Source: Oscillospiraceae bacterium (GTDB taxonomy: Bacteria > Bacillota > Clostridia > Oscillospirales > Acutalibacteraceae). From it: a stretch of 64,000 nucleotides of DNA. Shown here one piece after another: positions 51,417-59,555 of this stretch. Made by a program: the position numbers and the translations under genes. The first letter of the stretch is position 1, and each line of letters starts with the position of its first letter. The DNA lies in NCBI GenBank assembly GCA_036654375.1, contig JAVVSD010000006.1, positions 3,084 through 67,083 on the forward strand, written 5' to 3'. The notes under the pieces are model-generated. The model had not been told where the DNA came from and ran no database searches. It saw only the letters and a list, made by a program, of their open reading frames with translations.

Positions 51417-52106
51417 ATGTATAATGTGTTAATTTGCGATGATGATGTGGCAATTCTTGATTCGGTTGAGATTTATCTAAAGCTTGAGGGCTACAATGCG
51501 ATAAGGGCAGAAAACGGCATTCAAGCCATAAAAGCAGCAGTTGAAAATGATTTTCACTGCATAATAATGGATATTATGATGCCACAGATGGATGGGCTTA
51601 ATGCAACCTTAAAATTAAGGGAAAAGCAAAACATTCCAATAATTCTTCTTTCTGCAAAGAGTGAAGATACAGACAAAATAGCAGGGCTAAGCTTTGGTGC
51701 AGACGATTATGTTACAAAGCCGTTTAACCCGCTTGAACTCATGGCAAGGGTTAAGTCGCAGATAAGAAGATATGTGAGCCTTGGAAGCATTCAAAAAAGT
51801 GACAGTGTAATTGTTACAGGCGGGCTTGTGCTTAACATGGAAGCAAAGACAGTAACACTTGATGGCGACGAGGTAAAGCTTACTGCAACCGAATATGGCA
51901 TTGTGGATTTCTTGATGAACAACATGGGAAGAGTGCTTTCAACACAGCAAATTTATGAGTCTGTTTGGAATGAGCCATCATATGCAACTGAAAAAACAGT
52001 GACAGTTCACATAAGAAGAATAAGAGAAAAAATTGAAATAAATCCCAAAGAGCCAAAATATTTGAAGGTGGTGTGGGGCATTGGATACAAAATGGAAAAA
52101 ATTTAG
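51417..52106 (+). CDS. OmpR-family response regulator
   Basis: Receiver domain (CDDD...IIMDIMMPQMDG...LSAK) plus a winged-helix output domain (LTATEYGIVDFL...VWGIGYK). Confidence 0.9.
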   Translation: MYNVLICDDDVAILDSVEIYLKLEGYNAIRAENGIQAIKAAVENDFHCIIMDIMMPQMDGLNATLKLREKQNIPIILLSAKSEDTDKIAGLSFGADDYVTKPFNPLELMARVKSQIRRYVSLGSIQKSDSVIVTGGLVLNMEAKTVTLDGDEVKLTATEYGIVDFLMNNMGRVLSTQQIYESVWNEPSYATEKTVTVHIRRIREKIEINPKEPKYLKVVWGIGYKMEKI

Positions 52107-54540
52107 AAATAATACAGCTTTAAAAGTAGTTGCATTTATACTTGCCTGCGTTTTTGCATTTCTGACTTTTTATGCTGGACTAAATGTAATCTCTTTCGCG
52201 TCAGAGTTTAGCAACAAAGGCGGAGTATCAAAACTTTTTTCTGAAGTGACGGACAGTTCGTTTACAAATTCAATTAGGTTTTCAACTCAGCTTGATTCTG
52301 ATATGGACGCATTGCACAAAATGGTTACAGAATATAAAAGTGACGAAAATGTTTATAGTGGAAATGCTTTTGCAAAAGTTGAAACAGACCTTAAAATTCA
52401 CGCAGAAGAAGACATTGCACAGCGTATTATTGATGAAAAAAAGAATGTTATTGAAAGTGTAACAACATTCAGTGACGAAGGAAATATAGAATATAATTTT
52501 ACCAATGACCAAAACGCTGAAAAGTTCACAACATCTAATAATACGAATAACTTTGCTGACGAAGAAGTTGTCATGATTGACGGAGTCGGTTTTTACAGAG
52601 GTATTGCTCTTGACGGCATTGTTGTTAATGAGCAACAAATAAGAAAAGATGTTGAGGACAATTTAAAATCTGAAATAAACAACAGAAAACATGTTTATAG
52701 AGCGGGCTACGAAGAGAATAAAAAAAATATAAGTAAGATTAAAAATCTGAACTTTGCAATTCGCAACAAAGAGACAGGCGAAGTTTATACAAACATGGGT
52801 GATGTGGTAAAATCAGACACAGATTTAATGTCGCTTGCATCTGGTGACAATTGGAGCATGGCAATTGACAAAGGCAATTTTTCTTATGGAAGTAAAGTCG
52901 AGCAGGATAATAATTATTATGCAGATTCCAAGTATGTTTCAATGCTAAGCACGCTGTTTGACAAGAACGGATATGACGCGTATTTTTCAATAAGTAGTAG
53001 TTCTAATACATTCAAAGAAGGCGATGCCTATTATGATTTACAAGAGGATTATGAAAATAGGCTTGTAAGCTTTGAGGATATGAGAACGCAAGTTATTATC
53101 AATTCTATTTTAATGCTTGCAATGATAATCTTACTTTGCGTCGGAGCGGGAAAACTTGACGACGAAGGCAAAACAAAAAAAGCCAAGATAGATAAAATTT
53201 ACAATGATTTACACTTTATCATATCTTTAGTGTTGGTTGTCTGTGGAATTGTAGGAACAATTGGAGTATATGAAAGCTTTTTAATCTGTGCAACTCCAGG
53301 GCATGAATACACCACAAGCGTTTCACTGTGTGCAATGATAGGCGTTGCAACGGTTGCGGTTATCACAGAGTGGCTGATGTCTGTTGTAAGGCATGTAAGA
53401 TGCTCAACATACTTTAAGAACACATTGTTTTATGTGATTTTTATTAAGAATGCAAAAAGGCTTGTTTCCATGTTTAAAAAATACTTGGGAAAGTTAAAAG
53501 AGCTATTCTCATTCCAAAATACCAAGAATTTAAAAACAAGAATGATAAAGATAATTTGCTGTTATGCAGGTGCAAATGTGGTGCTTGCAATGCTCTTTTC
53601 CATGACCGCCGGCGGATACGATCCGGGTTGGCATTTCATTTTTGGAGTCTTGATGATTGGAGTAAACATCTCTCTTGTTGCCACAGCCAAGCAAACTATT
53701 CAGGCGCTTGACGACATGATGGAAGCACTTATTCAGGCTGAAAACGGCAAGTTTGACTTTGACCTTAACATTTACTCAATGCCACTTTATTTAAGAGGTT
53801 TTGCAAGCCACATACTAAATCTTCGAGAGGGAATGAAGATTGCAGTTGATGAGGCAATAAAAGGCGAAAGAATGAAGGCAGAGCTTATAACAAATGTTTC
53901 TCACGACCTTAAAACTCCGCTGACATCAATTGTAAACTATGTTGACTTACTAAAGCGATGTGAGCTTAATGACGATACCGCACAAAGTTATATAACAATT
54001 CTCGAAGAGAAGGCGGAAAGGCTCAAAAAGCTTATCGAGGACCTTGTGGAGGCGTCAAAGGTATCAACGGGAAATGTGCAGATGAACATTACAAAAGTTA
54101 ACTTAAACGAGCTTTCGGCTCAACTTGCAGGGGAAACTGAGGAGGAGCTTAAAGATCTTGGAATCGATCTTAGAGTTTCGGCGCCTGACACTCCTGTAAT
54201 TGTTAAAGCAGATAGCCAAAAAGCATACAGAGCAATTGAAAACCTGTTCAGTAATGTCAAAAAGTATACAATGCCGGGAACAAGAGTTTATGTCGATGTT
54301 GGAACAGAAGGAAATCTTGGATACATTTCTGTTAAGAATATTTCAAAAGATGAACTTGATGTTCCTGTGGACCAGTTGACACAAAGATTTGTAAGAGGAG
54401 ATTCGGCAAGAACAAGTGAAGGCAGTGGTCTTGGACTTTCCATTGCAGATAATCTCATCGCATTGCAAAATGGTGAGTTTATATTGGAAAATGACGGCGA
54501 CCTATTTAAGGCGACGGTAAGGCTTCCCCTGGACGAGTAA
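52081..54540 (+). CDS. Sensor histidine kinase with a large N-terminal extracytoplasmic domain and multi-TM region
   Basis: 819 aa; H-box ELITNVSHDLKTPLTSI, N-box ENLFSNVKKYT, G-box GSGLGLSIA. Overlaps the regulator gene by 26 nt. Confidence 0.88.
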   Translation: MDTKWKKFRNNTALKVVAFILACVFAFLTFYAGLNVISFASEFSNKGGVSKLFSEVTDSSFTNSIRFSTQLDSDMDALHKMVTEYKSDENVYSGNAFAKVETDLKIHAEEDIAQRIIDEKKNVIESVTTFSDEGNIEYNFTNDQNAEKFTTSNNTNNFADEEVVMIDGVGFYRGIALDGIVVNEQQIRKDVEDNLKSEINNRKHVYRAGYEENKKNISKIKNLNFAIRNKETGEVYTNMGDVVKSDTDLMSLASGDNWSMAIDKGNFSYGSKVEQDNNYYADSKYVSMLSTLFDKNGYDAYFSISSSSNTFKEGDAYYDLQEDYENRLVSFEDMRTQVIINSILMLAMIILLCVGAGKLDDEGKTKKAKIDKIYNDLHFIISLVLVVCGIVGTIGVYESFLICATPGHEYTTSVSLCAMIGVATVAVITEWLMSVVRHVRCSTYFKNTLFYVIFIKNAKRLVSMFKKYLGKLKELFSFQNTKNLKTRMIKIICCYAGANVVLAMLFSMTAGGYDPGWHFIFGVLMIGVNISLVATAKQTIQALDDMMEALIQAENGKFDFDLNIYSMPLYLRGFASHILNLREGMKIAVDEAIKGERMKAELITNVSHDLKTPLTSIVNYVDLLKRCELNDDTAQSYITILEEKAERLKKLIEDLVEASKVSTGNVQMNITKVNLNELSAQLAGETEEELKDLGIDLRVSAPDTPVIVKADSQKAYRAIENLFSNVKKYTMPGTRVYVDVGTEGNLGYISVKNISKDELDVPVDQLTQRFVRGDSARTSEGSGLGLSIADNLIALQNGEFILENDGDLFKATVRLPLDE

Positions 54541-54554
54541 TAGAAAAAACTTAT

Positions 54555-54582
54555 CACCCGAAACGAGTTTTCATTTCGGGTG
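54555..54582. terminator. Hairpin after the kinase gene (no plus-strand U-tract)
   Basis: cacccgaaa ... tttcgggtg 9-bp stem. Confidence 0.4.
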
Positions 54583-54674
54583 AAGATATGTAAAAAATCA
54601 ATTGCTAAAACATAGAAGTGCATAAATCTGTGACCTTTGACAATTTTGACCGTGTTTTCAACAGCAGTGATTTC

Positions 54675-54770
54675 AACACTGTTACAACTTAGCGGGGTTA
54701 ATTACAATTTGTAATAATTAACCGTTTAACACTTACAATATTGTAATTAACTGTAACCGCTTTAGTGTTT
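54675..54770. promoter_or_regulatory. Dyad-symmetric region with repeated TTACAA/TTGTAA half-sites
   Basis: ATTACAA-T-TTGTAAT (54701-54715), TTACAATATTGTAA (54733-54746), and outer GTTACA (54681) / TGTAAC (54752). A 12-bp inverted repeat GTTAATTACAAT (54697-54708) / ATTGTAATTAAC (54740-54751). Confidence 0.5.
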
Positions 54771-54836
54771 AATTATAAGGCTTTTTTGAATATAATAGAG
54801 ATGTAGTAAAAAAACAAAAATGCGGAGGCGATAAAA

Positions 54837-54968
54837 ATGAAAGAATATATTAACAATAACAGGGCAACGGTACTTTCAAGAGTAATGGTAGCAGGGGTAT
54901 TTGCAATAACAGCAGTTATCGCCCTCGTGTTCGATGATGTAACACCAGCAACAATGCTGTTCATCTAA
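54837..54968 (+). CDS. Small hydrophobic peptide (43 aa), unknown function
   Basis: Not in the ORF track. GGAGG lies 8 nt upstream of the ATG. Translates to MKEYINNNRATVLSRVMVAGVFAITAVIALVFDDVTPATMLFI, with one predicted TM helix. A strong terminator follows directly. Confidence 0.5.
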   Translation: MKEYINNNRATVLSRVMVAGVFAITAVIALVFDDVTPATMLFI

Positions 54969-54986
54969 TAACACAAACACAAACTC

Positions 54987-55019
54987 AGAAGCTGACTTTT
55001 AAAGTCAGCTTCTTTTTTA
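54987..55019 (+). terminator. Intrinsic terminator after the small peptide gene
   Basis: agaagctgacttt / aaagtcagcttct followed by tttttt. Confidence 0.8.
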
Positions 55020-55058
55020 CTTTTCACTTTTAGATTATTTTGCATTTAGTGTATTTTG

Positions 55059-55087
55059 TTGACCTTTAGGTCAAAAATTGATATAAT
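55059..55087 (+). promoter_or_regulatory. Promoter of rpe with a palindrome over the -35
   Basis: TTGACC, 17 nt, then TGaTATAAT. TTGACCT-TT-AGGTCAA is a 7-bp inverted repeat covering the -35. Confidence 0.6.
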
Positions 55088-55138
55088 AATACGACTCTTA
55101 CAGCACAACAATAAACACTTAAATAAGGGGTAAAAACT

Positions 55139-55807
55139 ATGATTAAAATATCACCCTCCATATTATCTTGCGACTATTCAAAAATGGGTGAAGAGCTAAA
55201 TAGGATGAAGGACTGCGGAGCAGACTGGATTCACTTTGATGTTATGGATGGTCACTTTGTTCCAAACCTAACAATCGGAGTTGCTGTTGTAAGCTCTCTT
55301 CGCAAGATTTCAGGCATCTTTTTTGATGTTCATTTAATGATAAGCGAACCATTGAAATATATTGAGCCATTTGCGCAGGCAGGAGCCGATTTAATAACTT
55401 TTCATGTGGAGGCAGACTCCGACATTAGACAGACAATTGAAGCCATAAAATCAGCAGGGTGCAAAGCTGCCCTTAGCGTAAAACCAAAGACCCCAGCAAG
55501 TGAGGTCTTTGATTATCTTGATTTAATTGATATGGTTCTTGTAATGACAGTGGAACCGGGATTTGGAGGTCAGTCCTTCATGGCAGACATGATGCCAAAG
55601 GTTAGAGAAATCCGTAATGAGTGCAACAGAAGAGGACTCAAAATGGAAATTCAGGTTGACGGTGGAATAAATGAAAACAATATCAGTGAAGCGGCAAGAG
55701 CAGGAGCAAATGTATTTGTTTCCGGTAGCACGATTTTTTCCGCAAAGGACAGCGGTCAAATGATAAAACTGCTCAAGGAAAATGCGGAGAAATCATATAT
55801 TGATTGA
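55139..55807 (+). CDS. rpe: Ribulose-phosphate 3-epimerase
   Basis: ISPSILSCDYSKMGEEL..., HFDVMDGHFVPN, VEPGFGGQ, VDGGIN. Confidence 0.93.
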   Translation: MIKISPSILSCDYSKMGEELNRMKDCGADWIHFDVMDGHFVPNLTIGVAVVSSLRKISGIFFDVHLMISEPLKYIEPFAQAGADLITFHVEADSDIRQTIEAIKSAGCKAALSVKPKTPASEVFDYLDLIDMVLVMTVEPGFGGQSFMADMMPKVREIRNECNRRGLKMEIQVDGGINENNISEAARAGANVFVSGSTIFSAKDSGQMIKLLKENAEKSYID

Positions 55808-55809
55808 TT

Positions 55810-56376
55810 TTAACTTGTGCCAAGATGCTCAATTGCTCTTGAATCACAAAGGCATCGCCAATGCTCTTTTGTCTGGGCAATTTTTGCTTTGCTTTCCGAA
55901 AGATCCTCACAATATTCAGTCAAAACTGATTTAAGCTTACGGTGGTTTGACATTCCGTTAAAAACCACTCTGTAGCGAGTGCCATTTGAATAGAGCTTGC
56001 TTTCGGGGGGGCTTAAGAAACATGACATAATTGCTCTCGACGCATCAATAAGTTCATTTTCGTCTTTAAACTCACTAACACAGATAAAGGGCATTGCAGT
56101 TGGAAAAACTTCATCTCTGTCTGCATCGATTTGATAGACTGTAAAATATAGCACACATCCGCCACTTGTATCAGGAACGGCTTCAATTACCATTTTACCC
56201 GATGGGTGAATATCTTTATTCAGGGCAAGGTTTGCCTTCTGCAACAAAGTATAAATTACCCGTCTGGTATCAATGCTGTTATAGTCCATATCCTCATATG
56301 TAATGCCAAGCTCCTGCATATCCTGGCAGGAAAGGCTAATGACTAATGTGTTTTTGGATGTAGCTTCAATTTTCAA
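55810..56376 (-). CDS. mecA: Adaptor protein MecA-like
   Basis: TTG 56376, 9 nt after GAGGAG, gives MKIEATSKNTLVISLSCQDMQELGITYEDMDY, the usual MecA N-terminus. The C-terminal part has the LYSNGTRYRVVF and EH...AIEHL pattern. The ORF-track ATG at 56385 abuts the RBS. Confidence 0.55.
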   Translation of the reverse strand: MKIEATSKNTLVISLSCQDMQELGITYEDMDYNSIDTRRVIYTLLQKANLALNKDIHPSGKMVIEAVPDTSGGCVLYFTVYQIDADRDEVFPTAMPFICVSEFKDENELIDASRAIMSCFLSPPESKLYSNGTRYRVVFNGMSNHRKLKSVLTEYCEDLSESKAKIAQTKEHWRCLCDSRAIEHLGTS

Positions 56377-56485
56377 ATGAAACATCTCCTCTTAAAACAT
56401 CTTCTTACTACTATCATATTACCCGTACAGGTTGCTTGCAATGAATAAATTATGGCAATTTCATTTTTTTAAAAGAGGTGGCTTG

Positions 56486-57544
56486 ATGAAAGAGCTGGAT
56501 ACGATAAAAATTAAAGAGGAAAACAAGCAGGTGCGGTCATATATGATTGATATGCTCATAATGATTGCGGCATGTGCAATTATGGCTATCTATCAATATG
56601 GCTTTCGCGCATTGATGATGGTTATAGTGTCTATCCTCACCGCTGTCTTGTGTGAGGCGTCTGTTGACCTTGTAAGAAAGAGGAAGCCACAGCGACTTGG
56701 TGACTTGTCTGCTGTGTTTACGGGGGCTGCAATAGCTTTGATGCTTCCTGCATCAGCACCGATGTGGCTTGCACCTGTTGGCAGTGCGTTTGCAATTTTT
56801 GTTGCAAAGCTTCCATTTGGCAATGCAAAGACAACTTTGTTTGTGCCTGCGGCGGCAGGATTTGCCTTCCTTAGCCTAAGCTACAGGGATCTTGTATTCA
56901 CATATCCTTCCGTAACTGTTGAAATGCAGGATGCAATAACAGGTCAAGCAGGATTTGTACAAGGCAACTCAATTGCGTCTATGCTTAGCCATAGCACATC
57001 AATTGGAACAAGCGTTCTGGATGTCATTGATATGTTCGTCGGTAGGGTGGCAGGTCCAATGGGTACTTCTTGCCTTTTTGTAATGCTTGGACTGTTTATC
57101 TATATGCTTATTCGTCGCTCGTCTGAGTGGATAACTTCTGCAAGCTTTCTTGCTGCCTGCTCAATTCTTGCGGTAATTTTCCCAAGAGTTCTCACAGGAC
57201 GCAGTGTTTCGCTTGTTATGGAAATGTCGGCAGGAATGCTTTTCTTTGCGGCAATATTCTTTATTTCTGACCCTGCAACATCGCCAAAAGAGCAGATGTC
57301 AAGAGTTCTTTATGGATTTATAGCGGGAATACTTACAATGGTTTTGCGGTACTTTGGAGCATTTGAAGAAGGAGTGTGCTTTGTCATACTCATCATGAAT
57401 GCACTTAGCACAAACTTTGAAAGCCTTGGCGAAAAGCTTAATAATGCTATTGCGGCAAAAAACAACAGTACCGAAAAGAAACCAAAAGATAAAAAGAAAA
57501 AAGCAAAAGACTCCCCAAAAACAGAAGGGGGTTATAGTCTGTGA
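56486..57544 (+). CDS. RnfD/NqrB-like polytopic membrane protein lacking the flavinylation motif
   Basis: ATG 56486 follows aagaggtgg. Similar to RnfD throughout (SAVFTGAAIALMLPASAP, GSAFAIFVAKLPFG, FFISDPATSP, EGVCFVILIMN). The expected D-x-x-(S/T)-G-A-T site reads DAITGQA (56930-56950). Lys-rich C-terminal tail. Confidence 0.75.
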   Translation: MKELDTIKIKEENKQVRSYMIDMLIMIAACAIMAIYQYGFRALMMVIVSILTAVLCEASVDLVRKRKPQRLGDLSAVFTGAAIALMLPASAPMWLAPVGSAFAIFVAKLPFGNAKTTLFVPAAAGFAFLSLSYRDLVFTYPSVTVEMQDAITGQAGFVQGNSIASMLSHSTSIGTSVLDVIDMFVGRVAGPMGTSCLFVMLGLFIYMLIRRSSEWITSASFLAACSILAVIFPRVLTGRSVSLVMEMSAGMLFFAAIFFISDPATSPKEQMSRVLYGFIAGILTMVLRYFGAFEEGVCFVILIMNALSTNFESLGEKLNNAIAAKNNSTEKKPKDKKKKAKDSPKTEGGYSL

Positions 57545-58875
57545 AAAAGTTTAATTCAAATAAAAAAGCAAAAGAGAAAAAAGGCTTATATATAAATGAC
57601 AATGACTTTGGAACAAAAATAGAAAAGCAAGAAGAAACAACAAGCTTTTCAAGCGAGATGTTTTCAGAGGTAATCATTAAAAACCCAGTGCTAATCAGCA
57701 CAATTGGGCTTTGTCCCGTTGTTGCAATATGTATATCATTAAAATCAGCGATTGTACTTTCTATAATAACATTTTTAACCATGATATTTGCACAGGTGCT
57801 GTCAGCGTTTTTGTTCAAGTCATCTCCGCAATGGGTAAGAGTTGCACTCTATTCTTTGAGCGGAATGGCTGTTGTTGCACCGTCAATGCTCTTGCTCGAA
57901 AATATTTTGCCTGAAAACTTAATAGCGCTTGGAATTTATCTTCCGCTTCTCGCAATCAACCCGCTGATAACAAGGCAGTGTGAAAGAGTTGCAGTAAAAA
58001 GCTCGGTAAAGCAAGCATTTGTAAATGCGGTGTGCTGTGCAACAGGATACAGCGTAGTGCTTATTATTACAGGATTTTTACGCGAGCTTTTAGGATCTGG
58101 CACAATATGGGACTACAAGGTGTTTTCATTCCCAGCTGCAACAGCGCTAATAAATCCTTTTGGTGGTTTTATTGTTATTGGATTTATGGCAGCACTTCTC
58201 AGAGTATACTTTAAAAAGATTGACCCAGAATATGCAGAACAGCTTGGCGTTGAGTCCAGAACAGCCATCAAGAAGCCAAAGCAAAAAAAGGAAAGACCTC
58301 GTTTTAAGGTCGTTGAATATAGCCACAATGAAAAAGCCAATCCTCAACAGGTGGATAATGCAATTCAAAAAGAAGAGCCAAAAGTGGAGGCTGATGTTGT
58401 TGCAATAAGTGTTGAGCAACAGCATGAACAGCAGATTACAGAGCCTTTAAATGAAACGGTACAAGACGATTCTAATACAGCTGAAATCATTGAGCAAAAC
58501 GATATAATTCCAGATGAGTACGCACAGTACGAAAACGAAATATCGCAGACAGCCCAAAGGGCAGAGGCAAGAAAGAAGATAGAATATACATCAAATGAGC
58601 TTGATGTGTTATTATCTCAAAGTCTTGATGACATTATCAATGGCACACTAAAGTCAAAGGATAATGAAGCCACAGCGGAAAAGCCAAAGGATAATGAAGC
58701 CACAGCGGAAAAGTTAAAGGATAATGAAGCCACAGCGGAAAAGTCAAAGGATAATGAAGCCACAGCGGAAAAGTCAAAGGATAATGAAGCCACAGCGGAA
58801 AAGTCAAAGGATAATGAAACCACAGTAGAAAAAACACCAGAAGACTCAAAGACCGAGGAGGTGCATGGGCAATGA
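57541..58875 (+). CDS. RnfE/NqrD-like membrane protein with a 210-aa acidic repeat-containing C-terminal extension
   Basis: GTGA overlap with the upstream gene. The core KNPVLISTIGLCPVVAI ... GIYLPLLAINPLITRQ aligns to RnfE. The tail contains six KDNEATAEKx repeats. Confidence 0.75.
   Translation: MKKFNSNKKAKEKKGLYINDNDFGTKIEKQEETTSFSSEMFSEVIIKNPVLISTIGLCPVVAICISLKSAIVLSIITFLTMIFAQVLSAFLFKSSPQWVRVALYSLSGMAVVAPSMLLLENILPENLIALGIYLPLLAINPLITRQCERVAVKSSVKQAFVNAVCCATGYSVVLIITGFLRELLGSGTIWDYKVFSFPAATALINPFGGFIVIGFMAALLRVYFKKIDPEYAEQLGVESRTAIKKPKQKKERPRFKVVEYSHNEKANPQQVDNAIQKEEPKVEADVVAISVEQQHEQQITEPLNETVQDDSNTAEIIEQNDIIPDEYAQYENEISQTAQRAEARKKIEYTSNELDVLLSQSLDDIINGTLKSKDNEATAEKPKDNEATAEKLKDNEATAEKSKDNEATAEKSKDNEATAEKSKDNETTVEKTPEDSKTEEVHGQ
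58651..58830 (+). repeat. Six tandem copies of a 30-bp coding repeat
   Basis: The unit aag(t/c)(c/t)aaaggataatgaagccacagcggaa repeats head-to-tail. Copies 1-5 differ only at positions 4-5, and copy 6 is slightly diverged. Confidence 0.95.
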
Positions 58876-59486
58876 GTGCTATAATTCAATTCTTTTCAGC
58901 AGCACTTTATCTTGTCTTTGTACAAAACCTTGTGTTTAGCGGTGGCTATGGTGCAAGTGAAGTTATAAGAACGGCGGCAAGACCAAAACAGCTTGTCCTT
59001 TTTGCCGTAATGATAACCTATTTTTCAACTATAACATCACTTCTTTGCAGGCTTATCTGGCTTGTGCCATTCTTTAAAACAGCAAACACAACCATTGCAA
59101 TAGTAATGTTCATACTTGTTCTTGTTGTGGTGTATCTTGCAACTGCACTGATAATCATAAAGATGCTCAAAGGCTCAGGCTGGCGGCAGGAGGAAAAGGA
59201 TAAGCTTCTGCGTCAGGCAGGAGTTGCAGCATTTAATACGATAGTTCTTGCAGTTCCACTGATAAACCAGCGTGTTGCATACACAGTATCGGAATCAATC
59301 GGAGCGGGAATTGGTGCAGGTTTTGCGTTTATCCTTGCAACCATGATTATACACACTGGAATGAAAAAGATTGAAAGTAATGAGGAAATCCCAAGCTGTT
59401 TCAAAGGAACACCGGCAGTGTTTATCTATATAGCAATTATCTCAATGGCATTTACAGGGATTTCAGGAAAGTCACTTTTCTTTTAG
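58872..59486 (+). CDS. RnfA/NqrE-like membrane protein lacking both conserved cysteines
   Basis: ATGA overlap with the upstream gene. VQNLVFSGGYGASE aligns to the canonical NNFVL..FLGLCPF, and FNTIVLAV to TNCAVLGV. The C-terminus FKGTPAVFIYIAIISMAFTGISG is strongly RnfA-like. Confidence 0.75.
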   Translation: MSAIIQFFSAALYLVFVQNLVFSGGYGASEVIRTAARPKQLVLFAVMITYFSTITSLLCRLIWLVPFFKTANTTIAIVMFILVLVVVYLATALIIIKMLKGSGWRQEEKDKLLRQAGVAAFNTIVLAVPLINQRVAYTVSESIGAGIGAGFAFILATMIIHTGMKKIESNEEIPSCFKGTPAVFIYIAIISMAFTGISGKSLFF

Positions 59487-59519
59487 TAATTACAAGCAAA
59501 ATTCAGAATATAATAATTG

Positions 59520-59555
59520 AAATGCGATATAGTAAAAGCTATATCGCATTTTTTA
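59520..59555 (+). terminator. Intrinsic terminator after the Rnf-like operon
   Basis: atgcgatatag taaaag ctatatcgcat followed by ttttt. Confidence 0.8.

Noticed and set aside
58651..58830. Possible CRISPR array, because of regular 30-bp repeats.
   Set aside because: The repeats are directly adjacent with no spacers, lie in frame inside a CDS, and no cas genes are present. This is a coding tandem repeat.
58617..58889. Two repetitive minus-strand ORFs (90 aa and 70 aa) with repeating FDFSAVASLS / HYPLTFPLWL units.
   Set aside because: They are reverse-frame read-outs of the 30-bp tandem repeat. The plus-strand frame is continuous with the RnfE-like gene.
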